Shown here: positions 39,947 through 49,595 of the stretch, one piece after another
Position numbering within the stretch: the first letter of the stretch is position 1
Layout: every line of letters starts with the position of its first letter
NCBI GenBank assembly: GCA_013152415.1
Contig: JAADGI010000018.1
Location: forward strand, 13,046-77,045
Reading direction: 5' to 3'
DNA: 64,000 nt
Origin: Gammaproteobacteria bacterium
Lineage (GTDB): Bacteria; Pseudomonadota; Gammaproteobacteria; HyVt-429
The notes under the pieces: generated by a model
Databases searched by the model: none
Seen by the model: only the letters and a program-made list of their open reading frames with translations
What the model was told of the DNA's origin: nothing
Program-made: the position numbers and the translations under genes

Positions 39947-42900
39947 ATGGATCACGACCCCCTAAGGCGCGTTCTTTTTGTACTGTGGTTGTTGGTGCCA
40001 ACCACACTCTACGCCGCCCCCCTGAAACCCGACCGGGTCCCCGAACCCCTCAAACCCTGGGTCGAATGGGCCCTCCACGGTGAAGAACAAAAGACCTGTC
40101 CCTTCACCTACAACAACGAAAAACAACACTATTGCGCCTGGCCCAGCGAACTGCAACTGGAGCTGGATACACGTCAGGGCCAATTTGAACAACGCTGGCA
40201 AGTGCATAGTGAATCCTGGGCGGCACTGCCGGGCAGCCCCAAACACTGGCCCCAGTCGGTGAAGGTCGATGGCCAACCGGCGGTGGTACTCAACCGTGGC
40301 GGTCGACCCACCCTCAAACTGGCAGCCGGCACACATACCGTTGAGGGCAGGTTCACCTGGGACCGCCTCCCCGAATCCCTGTCCATCCCCAGGACCACGG
40401 GTCTGGTGGGTCTCAAGATCAAAAATCGCACAGTCCCTTTCCCAAATTTGGACACAGGGGGTCGCCTGTGGCTGCGGGAGCGGGATACCGACGCTAACAA
40501 AACCAAGCTAGGGGACCGCGTAGAGGTACAAGTCTATCGACGTATTGGGGACTCGATCCCCATGCAGATCACCACCCGCCTGGACCTCACCGTCTCCGGC
40601 ACCCAGCGGGAGATCGTGTTGGGTCCGGTCCTGCTCACTGAGGCCATTCCCCTGAAACTGAAAAGCACCCTGCCCGTGCGCCTGGAGGCAGACGGTCGCC
40701 TGCGTATACAAGTGCGTCCGGGGCGCTGGCAGATCGACTTGGTGGTGCGGTTCCCCGACCCACGCACCCAGTTGTCGGCCCCCGAGACGGGACCGCCCTG
40801 GCCTAAAGACGAGGTCTGGGTACTCGATGCCCGTAACGCGTTGCGCCTGGTGGAGGTCCAGGGGGTCACTCCTATAGACCCCCGCCAGACCAACCTGCCC
40901 AAGGACTGGAAAGACCTTCCCGCCTATCGCATGGGCAAAGGGGAGGTGTTCTCCCTCAAGATATTGCGTCGCGGTGACCCGTCCCCGGAACCCAATGCCC
41001 TCAAATTGCAGCGTACCCTGTGGCTGGATTTTGACGGCGGCGGTTACACCATCAAGGACAATATCAGTGGCCGCATGACCCAGGGTTGGCGCTTGGCCAT
41101 GTCAAACCCCACCCACCTGGGCCGTGTCACCGTCGACGGCAAACCCCAATTCATCACCCGGCTACAAGGTGAGGCCGAGGACGGCATAGAGGTTCGCCGG
41201 GGCGCCATCAGGCTGGAAGCCGACAGCCGCCTGGATAAAGCTGATCGTCGCCTACCGGTAGTGGGCTGGAACCAGGATTTTCAATCTGTCAGCGGCGAAC
41301 TCAACCTGCCCCCAGGCTGGCGCCTGCTCGCTGCCAACGGTGTGGACAAGGTCCCCGGCACTTGGCTGCAACGCTGGACCCTGCTCGACCTGTTCCTGGT
41401 GTTGATCGCCGCCGTCACCACCCTGCGCCTGTGGGACTGGCGAGGTGGGCTGCTGGCCCTGGTCACCCTGGGCCTGGTCTGGCACGAACCGGGGGCACCA
41501 CAAAATGTCTGGCTCAACATCCTCGCCGCCATCGCGCTGCTGCGGGTGCTGCCCGCCAATCGTTTGCGCACTGCGGTGACGTGGTATCGCAACGCCAGCC
41601 TCCTGGCCCTGGTGTTGATCGCCATCCCCTTCATGATCGATCAGGTACGCACCGGCCTGTACCCGCAACTGGAACGGCCCGGGCAACTTCGGCTCCTCGA
41701 CACACGCACGGATGACCGCCTTGAGATCACAGAACTCGCCGCACCCTTGGTGCAAAAACAGTTACTTGGTGCAATGAAGGCACAGACGGCCAAGCCAAAA
41801 CCCGCCTACAAGGATAAACACACTCGCAAGTTGCGATCAAAAATGCTCTATTCCCCGCAACAACAGGCCATTGACATCAATCAGCAAATCGACCCCAAGG
41901 CCCATATCCAAACCGGACCGGGCATCCCCAACTGGCGTTGGACCCGCATCCCCCTGAGTTGGAGTGGGCCGGTCAAAAAAGATCAAACCATGTCCCTGGT
42001 ATTGCTGTCCCCAGCATCCAATATGATCTTACAGTTTATTCAAATCCTGTTGCTGTTGGCCCTGGCCCTGTTCTTATCAGGGGTGATGCGAATCACAAAC
42101 AAAGGTATCCGCCTGGGCGCCCCCGTTCTGATGGCCGCATTGCTGGCAGGCAACCTGTTGGCACTGACACCCTCACCGGCACAGGCCGACATACCCACAC
42201 CAGAAATATTGAAGACTCTTAAGGAACGTTTGTTGGCACCCCCCGAGTGCCTGCCTCAATGCGCCCAGATTCCACGGCTGCAGTTGCAGCTGTCGCCCCA
42301 CACCTTGAGCGCCCGCATGGAGATACACACCCAGGAGGCCGTGGCGGTACCCCTGCCCGGTCACGCCAAACATTGGTTGCCCACTGAGGTCTTGGTCGAC
42401 GGCAAAATGGCCCAGGGCCTGTTCCGTAAAAATGGTGGGCTGTGGCTACAGCTTGCCCCCGGCAGACACCAAATCCTCATGGCCGGGCCTCTGCCCCAAC
42501 GCAACAATCTGGAATTGCCCCTGCCCCTGCGGCCCCATCATGTGCGCATCACCACCAAGGGGTGGTCCGTGGACGGCGTCCATGAAAACGGGCTTGTCGA
42601 TCAACAACTGCAACTTACCCGCAGTCGCGGCAGCGCCCCCCGCTTGCAGACACTTCAGTCCGACACCCTGCCACCCTTTGTCCGCGTGGTACGCACCCTG
42701 CACCTGGGACTCGACTGGCGGCTCGAGACCCGCGTGGTACGTGCCTCACCCAAGGGTGCGGCAATCTTGCTGGAAGTCCCCCTGCTCGGCAAAGAATCGG
42801 TGACCACCGATGGGGTGCGCATCAAGGATGGCAAAGTCCTGGTCAACATGTCCGCCGGTCAAACACGGATGGTCTGGCATTCAACCCTGGAGAAACAGGA

Positions 42901-44047
42901 CAGTCTCACCCTCACCGCCGCAGACACCTCCCGGTGGGTGGAGCAATGGCGTCTCGATGTGAGTCCCATCTGGCATCCCACCTTCTCCGGCATCCCGGTG
43001 GTACACCACCAAAACCGGGGCCAATGGTTACCCACCTGGCAACCCTGGCCCGGCGAATCCATCACCCTGAAAATACACCGCCCACAAGGCGTGGACGGAC
43101 GGACCCTTACTATTGATAGCAGTCAACTCAGTGTAGAACCCGGTCTACGGGCCACGGACCTGACTCTGAATTTCTCACTGCGCAGCAGTCAGGGCGGACA
43201 ACACACAATTACGATTCCCGAGGGGACACAATTACAATCGGTGACCATCAACAGCCGCCCCCAACCCATACGCCAGGACGGCAACAAGATCACCTTGCCC
43301 GTTGTCCCCGGCAGCCAGCGTGTCGTGCTTAAACTACGCAGCGACCAGGGCATCAAGACCGGGTTGACCACCCCGGCCATCCACCTGGGTGCGGCCAGCG
43401 TGAACCATCGACTGCACCTGACCCTGCCCCGGGATCGCTGGGTCTTGTTTGTAGGCGGACCAGACCTGGGACCGGCGGTGTTATTTTGGGGGGTACTCAT
43501 CGTGTTGGTCCTGTTGGCCTGGGGACTTGGCCGGATACCGTTGACGCCCCTGAAACATTGGCACTGGTTATTGTTGTTGATCGGCCTGAGCCAAGTCCCA
43601 GTATGGACGGGAGCCACCGTCGTGGCCTGGTTACTGGTACTGGGGATGCGGGCACGACTGGACGCAAACATCGGTCAACAACGTTTTGATCTCATGCAGA
43701 TCACCATTGTCCTACTGACCGTGCTCGCACTGTTGTTGTTATTCAACGCCGTGAAACAGGGCTTGCTGGGTACACCGGACATGCAGATTGCCGGTAACGG
43801 CTCCCACGCCTTCCGCCTCAACTGGTACCAGGACCGCAGCGGTGAAACCCTGCCCACCGCTTGGGTCGCATCGGTGCCGCTGTTTATCTACCGGTTTCTT
43901 ATGCTGGCCTGGGCACTATGGTTGGCCTTCGCCCTGCTACGCTGGTTGCGTTGGGGCTGGGAGTGCTTTGCCACCAATGGGCTGTGGCGTAAAGTGGCGG
44001 AAAAGAAAACGACAAAGAAAACAAAAAAGGGCGTCAAGAAAAAGTGA
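39947..44047 (+). CDS. Giant (1366 aa) internally duplicated envelope protein of unknown family, ending in a lysine-rich tail
   Basis: Signal peptide, a periplasmic domain of about 450 aa and a 4-TM cluster, then a second signal-like segment (ALTPSPAQA-D), a homologous second domain and a second TM cluster. It ends KKTTKKTKKGVKKK. Confidence 0.7.
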   Translation: MDHDPLRRVLFVLWLLVPTTLYAAPLKPDRVPEPLKPWVEWALHGEEQKTCPFTYNNEKQHYCAWPSELQLELDTRQGQFEQRWQVHSESWAALPGSPKHWPQSVKVDGQPAVVLNRGGRPTLKLAAGTHTVEGRFTWDRLPESLSIPRTTGLVGLKIKNRTVPFPNLDTGGRLWLRERDTDANKTKLGDRVEVQVYRRIGDSIPMQITTRLDLTVSGTQREIVLGPVLLTEAIPLKLKSTLPVRLEADGRLRIQVRPGRWQIDLVVRFPDPRTQLSAPETGPPWPKDEVWVLDARNALRLVEVQGVTPIDPRQTNLPKDWKDLPAYRMGKGEVFSLKILRRGDPSPEPNALKLQRTLWLDFDGGGYTIKDNISGRMTQGWRLAMSNPTHLGRVTVDGKPQFITRLQGEAEDGIEVRRGAIRLEADSRLDKADRRLPVVGWNQDFQSVSGELNLPPGWRLLAANGVDKVPGTWLQRWTLLDLFLVLIAAVTTLRLWDWRGGLLALVTLGLVWHEPGAPQNVWLNILAAIALLRVLPANRLRTAVTWYRNASLLALVLIAIPFMIDQVRTGLYPQLERPGQLRLLDTRTDDRLEITELAAPLVQKQLLGAMKAQTAKPKPAYKDKHTRKLRSKMLYSPQQQAIDINQQIDPKAHIQTGPGIPNWRWTRIPLSWSGPVKKDQTMSLVLLSPASNMILQFIQILLLLALALFLSGVMRITNKGIRLGAPVLMAALLAGNLLALTPSPAQADIPTPEILKTLKERLLAPPECLPQCAQIPRLQLQLSPHTLSARMEIHTQEAVAVPLPGHAKHWLPTEVLVDGKMAQGLFRKNGGLWLQLAPGRHQILMAGPLPQRNNLELPLPLRPHHVRITTKGWSVDGVHENGLVDQQLQLTRSRGSAPRLQTLQSDTLPPFVRVVRTLHLGLDWRLETRVVRASPKGAAILLEVPLLGKESVTTDGVRIKDGKVLVNMSAGQTRMVWHSTLEKQDSLTLTAADTSRWVEQWRLDVSPIWHPTFSGIPVVHHQNRGQWLPTWQPWPGESITLKIHRPQGVDGRTLTIDSSQLSVEPGLRATDLTLNFSLRSSQGGQHTITIPEGTQLQSVTINSRPQPIRQDGNKITLPVVPGSQRVVLKLRSDQGIKTGLTTPAIHLGAASVNHRLHLTLPRDRWVLFVGGPDLGPAVLFWGVLIVLVLLAWGLGRIPLTPLKHWHWLLLLIGLSQVPVWTGATVVAWLLVLGMRARLDANIGQQRFDLMQITIVLLTVLALLLLFNAVKQGLLGTPDMQIAGNGSHAFRLNWYQDRSGETLPTAWVASVPLFIYRFLMLAWALWLAFALLRWLRWGWECFATNGLWRKVAEKKTTKKTKKGVKKK

Positions 44048-44080
44048 ATATCCTCTCCCTCCAGGAGAGGGAATGAAGTC

Positions 44081-44100
44081 ATTCTGGCAAAAGCCAGAAT
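44081..44100 (+). terminator. Hairpin (8-bp stem ATTCTGGC/GCCAGAAT, AAAA loop) after the giant gene, followed by an AT-rich, T-biased stretch
   Basis: Seen directly, 34 nt after the stop codon. Confidence 0.45.
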
Positions 44101-44344
44101 CCAGTAATTATTTAATTCTTTGTCGCTGAGGCACAAAGAAAGACCCGTACTTCTTGGCTCTGGGATAAAACGCAAAGGTCGCGGAGGCGCCAAGGACGCA
44201 GAGATATAAAACAATCCAAACCGGACTATCCAAACATGGAAAGATACACCTCTATCTGGAACAATATATCCATAATATGGAAAGTGAATTTAATAACACT
44301 ATTATCTGTATAAATAAAATCGCGCCACGTATATGAATTAGAGA

Positions 44345-45211
44345 ATGGAAGAAATACATAACATAATAAAAAAATACAATAAAGGTCATGTTGATGATAG
44401 CCTGAATTCCTTAGAGGATATCAAAGCCTTTTCGCTGGTGTTTTTTAAAGATGTTTCAGAAGTATATGATTGCATAACGAGATTAAAAAACACAAAAAGG
44501 AACCCCACTGGGTATTCATTAGATGATGCGCCTATAATTGCGTTATTAGTTAAAATATGGAAACTTCTTAAAGAAATAATTGTGTATTATGAAAAAGACA
44601 ATGCTGAAATAATTAGTTTATTTGAACGCCCGCTAATCGAATCTTCAGTGACGGCTAGTTATTTATTAAAATCAAACAGCCAAGCAATAGAAGACTATAG
44701 AAAAATATCTTACAAAGATCGCTTGAGGATATTACGAGAACTAAAAGAAGGATCTGCTTTCTACGAGACAAAAGCCGGAAAAAGATTATTGAAATCTGTT
44801 CAAGAAAAAATGAATTTTGAAAAGTTGACAATTGATGACTTTCAAGAACAAAAACGAAATAGATGGCGGTTACAAAACAAGTCTTTTTTCGATATTTTCA
44901 AGGAGATTGAAGGGAAAGATCTTTACGCTTGTACATACGGCATGATGTCTGAAGCTGTACATTGCTCTTGGAATGACTCTTTAGATTGGTGTCTAAGTAA
45001 AAACGATGATGATACTTTTGATGTTTATCCTTTCTACCAAACCGCTGACATTCGTCACATATCGCCAACTTTAGTATTTTGCAATCGACCATATAAACTT
45101 TGGCTGCAACACATAGATATAACAGATACATATATAAATGATGTGTTGCAGTGGATTGAAAATATAAACTCTATGATATATGTTGCCTTCGATGAATTAT
45201 ATGATGAGTAA
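44345..45211 (+). CDS. Hypothetical protein in low-GC island (about 33% GC)
   Basis: 288-aa ORF with strongly AT-biased codon usage, unlike the surrounding sequence. No family recognised. Confidence 0.6.
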   Translation: MEEIHNIIKKYNKGHVDDSLNSLEDIKAFSLVFFKDVSEVYDCITRLKNTKRNPTGYSLDDAPIIALLVKIWKLLKEIIVYYEKDNAEIISLFERPLIESSVTASYLLKSNSQAIEDYRKISYKDRLRILRELKEGSAFYETKAGKRLLKSVQEKMNFEKLTIDDFQEQKRNRWRLQNKSFFDIFKEIEGKDLYACTYGMMSEAVHCSWNDSLDWCLSKNDDDTFDVYPFYQTADIRHISPTLVFCNRPYKLWLQHIDITDTYINDVLQWIENINSMIYVAFDELYDE

Positions 45212-45482
45212 AAATACGGCTAACAAACTCAAGAGGACAAAGAAGAAAGGGGGCAGATCACTTGCTTCATAACACATGCACCTTGCTCAGGCCGCCACAC
45301 ATTGAATACAAAAATCAGACACCTGGGACACGCATAAATTACTTGGCCTCACTAAATTAGTGAGGAAATTTTAACGGTACGTTTTGCATATCGCCATAAC
45401 GTGATCCGAAAAACAATCGAGGTCAGACACCGTAGAATAGCCATAAAGTCCTTGAAGAAAATATTTTAGGTAAAAACGAGAG

Positions 45483-46130
45483 ATGCTTAGCTACTGTGAA
45501 GTCATAAAATTTTATGACGCGTTCGGCAAGAGACAGGACAAACAATTCTACGAGAAAGCGGCAATTAACGATCTGATTGAACAGGGTCAATTTGACGAGG
45601 CAAAAAATATAATAGAATTTGGTTGTGGCACCGGGAAGCTGGCATCTCGTTTATTGGCCTGTATCACGCCTGACAGTTGCCATTATTTAGGGGTCGATAT
45701 CAGCCAAACCATGGTCTCTCTTTGCCGAAAAAATATTGGGTCCTTTTCAGAACGTGCAACATGCTATAAAACTGAAGGGGAATCGAGAATAGATGCCCCA
45801 GATCAAACTGCCGACCGATTTATTTCCACCTATGTGCTCGACTTGCTGACCGAAGAAGACGCCATAAGCCTGCTAAACGAGGCACATCGAGTACTCCTGC
45901 CAGGGGGGTATTTGTGCCTCGCCAGTTTAACCCATGGCATTTCGTTCGTTTCACGTATTGTAGAGATTTTATGGCGCAGGCTGTACCAATTAAAACCCTT
46001 TATTGTAGGCGGCTGCCGCCCAATAAATTTAAAAAAATACCTGCAAAATGATCAATGGCATGTTGTTCATGACCCGGTCATTGTGTCTTACGGTGTTCCA
46101 TCGGAAGTGGTAATCGCAAAAAGGCTATAA
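45483..46130 (+). CDS. Class I SAM-dependent methyltransferase (small-molecule type)
   Basis: Motif I IEFGCGTGKL and motif post-I/II (LLPGGYLCL). About 42% GC. Confidence 0.75.
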   Translation: MLSYCEVIKFYDAFGKRQDKQFYEKAAINDLIEQGQFDEAKNIIEFGCGTGKLASRLLACITPDSCHYLGVDISQTMVSLCRKNIGSFSERATCYKTEGESRIDAPDQTADRFISTYVLDLLTEEDAISLLNEAHRVLLPGGYLCLASLTHGISFVSRIVEILWRRLYQLKPFIVGGCRPINLKKYLQNDQWHVVHDPVIVSYGVPSEVVIAKRL

Positions 46131-46275
46131 ACCGTAGAATCGGGGGCAATTCACTTGAAATGGGATAAATCCGTGGGTTAAGGTGTGCCACGCATACCTG
46201 ACCCTTGGGCTGGTCCTTGGGGGTTTAATACCGTCACCCACAGCAAACAAACCTTCTAACCGGAGATCCTGTTAC

Positions 46276-46689
46276 ATGAATCATAGATGGCTATGGCTGC
46301 TTTTAGCAATTTTTAGTGGAAATGCACAATCGTTTCAACCATCAATAGAAATTATTGAACAATTTGATGATGTTAAGCTGGTTGCATTTATAAATGAAAC
46401 CGATATTGAAAATTATCCCCTGTGGCACCCATTAACAGAAGCGCCGCCTTTGTCCGTAAGCAAGGCAATTCAAGCCATCAAAGATCTGTACAAGACAAAC
46501 CGTGATCAGTTGCTTCCAAAGTCGGTCAAGGAAATAGAACTAAGAGAGCTGTCACGGCATGAATATTACTGGCACTATCTGGTTAAGGTAAAGACCAATG
46601 ACGACAAAAAACCTAAATATCAAATTTACGTGGTTTTAATGAACGGAAAAGTAATCCCTGCATTGATTGAATCAGAGTCATACAAATAA
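46276..46689 (+). CDS. Small secreted hypothetical protein
   Basis: Signal peptide (LWLLLAIFSGNAQS) and a GGAGA RBS. About 38% GC. Confidence 0.5.
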   Translation: MNHRWLWLLLAIFSGNAQSFQPSIEIIEQFDDVKLVAFINETDIENYPLWHPLTEAPPLSVSKAIQAIKDLYKTNRDQLLPKSVKEIELRELSRHEYYWHYLVKVKTNDDKKPKYQIYVVLMNGKVIPALIESESYK

Positions 46690-47118
46690 CACGCAAGCTC
46701 ACAAAGACACCCCATAGCCACCCAAAATGATAACCCACACCTCGTACACTTGCGGGGAAATGAGCAGATTCTCTCAAATCCTGATGTTTTAACGAGGCAC
46801 TCTGGGTTTGTGTTCTGACCTCATACAATTTACCAAGTAAAAATGCAGTCTTGCCGCGTAGGATATATTTTTTTACCTTTCTCGTCGCATGATGTTGGGT
46901 TGTCTTACTTAGCTTGGTGAGACTTGGAATTGGGGACAGGAAATCTGTAAGTGTTATCCCAAAATGGAATAGGGCCTTGATCTTTTGCTTTAAAAAGACC
47001 AGTCGGGAATAGGCCAGGATATGAGCTCCTTGAAGAGCGATAGTGAAGCCCCCATATAGACTATACTAAACAGTGAACCCTGATCTTTTATCCACCACTA
47101 TTTCGTAATGGAGGACTT

Positions 47119-47394
47119 ATGAGAATCAACATTATGGCTCTATCTGTTACCGCCGCATTGTTTTGGGGTATAGCAATCTTTATCACTGCCTCCGCGAACC
47201 TGGTCTGGCCGGGTTACGGCAGTGCCTTCCTTGAGCTTGCGGCCTCCATATACCCAGGATTCAACCCTGGCACCGGCATGGGATCTGTCATTACAGGAAC
47301 ACTTTATGGATTAGTGGACGGGGCAATATGCGGTGCCATATTCGGCTGGCTCTACAATCTTCTGGCACGCAAGTTTCCGGGTACGGCCACCTAA
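47119..47394 (+). CDS. Small glycine-rich membrane protein (91 aa, 2-3 TM)
   Basis: Hydrophobic ORF with a GGAGGA RBS. Confidence 0.5.
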   Translation: MRINIMALSVTAALFWGIAIFITASANLVWPGYGSAFLELAASIYPGFNPGTGMGSVITGTLYGLVDGAICGAIFGWLYNLLARKFPGTAT

Positions 47395-47428
47395 CCCAAA
47401 CAAAAAGGGGAAGAATTTGAGCAAAAAG

Positions 47429-47464
47429 AAATGACTGTCCTTGTTTTGTCAGGGACAGTCATTT
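47429..47464. terminator. Strong hairpin (12-bp stem AAATGACTGTCC/GGACAGTCATTT) flanked by an A-tract on the + strand and a T-tract on the - strand, possible bidirectional terminator
   Basis: Lies between the convergent genes 47119-47394 (+) and 47619-48284 (-). The minus-strand reading gives hairpin then CTTTTTG. Confidence 0.6.
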
Positions 47465-47618
47465 AGAAATACAAGCTGACAATCGCTTTGGCCAGTTTGT
47501 GACAAACATCCCCACCCTCTCCCCACAAAAATCCTTGGCGTGGGAAGGAGGGCTACGCCGGGTTTGGTGTTTATACTGAACCAGACCCACTCATTGTCTC
47601 AACTCTAAACAGCCCTTT

Positions 47619-48284
47619 TTAACTGTTGCTGTTTCCACCGTTGTCATTTTTATTGTCGTCTTCATTTTCGTTACCATTATCGTTCCCATGTCCCTCGGAA
47701 CCGTTGTCATTGCCACTATTGTCATTGGCACCATCATCATGATTGTCATTGCCATCATTATCGGAACCGTTGCCATTGCCACCATTGTCATCATGGGGTG
47801 CACTGGTGACACTGCCGACACTGGCCTGACCACTATTGGTGTTCAGGCTAACGTTGCTCATCGTCGTCGTAGCACTTGCCTGTGCGTTCACTGAAACTGA
47901 TGCTGTACCACCGGTCTGGGTTTGGAATGTGACAGTCTGCGCACCGGGGGTGGTGCTCATGGAAAAATTACCCGCATCGTCAGTTGTGGTAGAGGACCCG
48001 GATGAAGAGGTTACCGTAATACCCCCCACGCCACCGGTCTGCGCAAGTACCGGTGCAATCACCCAATCCAGCACCCGAACCAACGTATGCTGACGTATAA
48101 CAGGGGCCAACTCGGGTCCAAATACCTTATTCAAGGCGACTACGGTCACAACGTTACCATTAAGTATGGCAGAACCACTGCCGCCACCTGTACTGGTGCC
48201 ACCACCCCCGCAGCTTACCAGTACAATTGTTAATATCCCGATGATCAAATGACGAAAAGCTACAGGGCGGGTTTTTGGGGTCAT
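47619..48284 (-). CDS. Lipoprotein with a beta-sandwich (carboxypeptidase-regulatory-like) domain and an Asp/Asn/Gly-rich low-complexity C-terminal tail
   Basis: Lipobox LVSC, Gly-rich linker, then a long DNGN-type repeat tail (NDNGGNGNGSDNDGNDNHDDGANDN...). Confidence 0.7.
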   Translation of the reverse strand: MTPKTRPVAFRHLIIGILTIVLVSCGGGGTSTGGGSGSAILNGNVVTVVALNKVFGPELAPVIRQHTLVRVLDWVIAPVLAQTGGVGGITVTSSSGSSTTTDDAGNFSMSTTPGAQTVTFQTQTGGTASVSVNAQASATTTMSNVSLNTNSGQASVGSVTSAPHDDNGGNGNGSDNDGNDNHDDGANDNSGNDNGSEGHGNDNGNENEDDNKNDNGGNSNS

Positions 48285-48583
48285 GGCAAATTCCTCTTGG
48301 TCTAACGGTTAACTTCCTGCCGAACCGGACCCTCTCATTGGGCAATAAATCAGGATATTGACCTATTCTAGAGTCACCACGCCAAACACGGGCAACTGCT
48401 CAATGATAAAGGCAGGCGCTTACGGCATAAGTGTAGGCACTGATCTCAGTTATTTCATGGGGCATCCGTACTATACGGTACCATTCTGGTACATATGTCC
48501 GATCAGGCCCCCTTTGAAATGGTGTACCTGCAGACAGAACCCATGGCCCTGGTATCAAAAAAAAGAGGGGAGGCGTGCCGGAC

Positions 48584-49522
48584 CTAGTCTTTATCCTGAA
48601 CCAATTCCACCCGTCGGTTCAATGTGCGGCCTGCATCAGTCAGGTTTGTCGCAGCCGGTGCCAAATAACCCACGCCATCACTCTTAAGACGCGTCGCAGC
48701 GATCTTATAATCGGAAACCAGGGCGTTCATTACCGCCTTGGCACGGCGCTTCGAGAGGCTCATATTGTAGTCATAACCACCCACATAATCGGTATGGCCA
48801 ACAACGATGATCTTAAGGCTCGGCTGACTCTTAAGTAGTTTCGCAATTTCTCCCAAAGTAGGCTTTGAGTTGGGCTTGATGGTCGCGCTGTTGTAGTCAA
48901 AATATATACCGTACAAGGCAACACGACCGGTTTCCGCCATACTCATTTGCATTTTTTTGGCATCCACCATCTGCATTTCCATGGCCTTGGTTTCGGCGGC
49001 AATCAAACCAACCCGCATCCCGTTACCCCCACCGTGGGGGGCCACCAACACAGAGATATAATTCTTTGCCCCGGAAACATCTTTAGCCGCGACGAAATAA
49101 TGGAAGCCACTCCCCAGGGCCGCTTCTTTTACAATATCAACTGGGTGTTTATACTTAAACACATAATCATTGATTTTATCCGGGCCACCGGAAAAAATCA
49201 TTTCGTAGTTTGCCTCTTTGATACGTACTTCAAAATTACGAAACACCTCCAGAGCTGAGATACCCTTGGGCACACGATAGAAGATCCTTGTAATTTTACC
49301 CTCTACAGTTAATGCGGTCTTTTCGGCATCGCTGTCCTTTTTTACAGGCCCGGTGGCAAATACTGTCTTGCCATAATTCTCGACTTTATAGTCAACAATT
49401 TCAGAGCCCTTAAAACGGCCGATATTGGGGTAATCTTCACTACCTTGCACATCCGCTGCCAAAACCACGGCTTGCAGGGCGATTAGACTGATTCCTGCCA
49501 CAGTAGCAACTATATATTTCAT
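48584..49522 (-). CDS. OmpA-family protein (N-terminal domain of unknown function plus C-terminal OmpA/MotB peptidoglycan-binding domain)
   Basis: Signal peptide. C-terminal OmpA-like motifs (GHTDYVGGYDYNMSLSKRRAKAV, NRRVE). The start is set at MKYIV with a GAGGTG RBS. The longer ORF upstream overlaps the TrpB2 gene. Confidence 0.85.
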   Translation of the reverse strand: MKYIVATVAGISLIALQAVVLAADVQGSEDYPNIGRFKGSEIVDYKVENYGKTVFATGPVKKDSDAEKTALTVEGKITRIFYRVPKGISALEVFRNFEVRIKEANYEMIFSGGPDKINDYVFKYKHPVDIVKEAALGSGFHYFVAAKDVSGAKNYISVLVAPHGGGNGMRVGLIAAETKAMEMQMVDAKKMQMSMAETGRVALYGIYFDYNSATIKPNSKPTLGEIAKLLKSQPSLKIIVVGHTDYVGGYDYNMSLSKRRAKAVMNALVSDYKIAATRLKSDGVGYLAPAATNLTDAGRTLNRRVELVQDKD

Positions 49523-49595
49523 CTTTGTCACCTCGTATGGATACCCAATATCCGTTGGATAAGCCCTGACCCCAGCTTTTATGAATGAACTGAAG

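Noticed and set aside
41252-41755. 167-aa minus-strand ORF and other internal ORFs within the giant gene.
   Set aside because: Antisense to the continuous 1366-aa frame. High-GC region yields open frames by chance.
44051-44075. Possible hairpin CCTCTCCCTCCAGGAGAGGG right after the giant gene stop.
   Set aside because: Only a 5-bp stem survives base-by-base pairing. The adjacent 8-bp-stem hairpin at 44081-44100 is the better terminator candidate.
47591-47894. ORFs of 80 aa (minus) and 68 aa (plus) rich in M/T/I/V repeats.
   Set aside because: Alternative-frame and antisense reading of the D/N/G repeat tail of the lipoprotein gene. Repeat artefacts.
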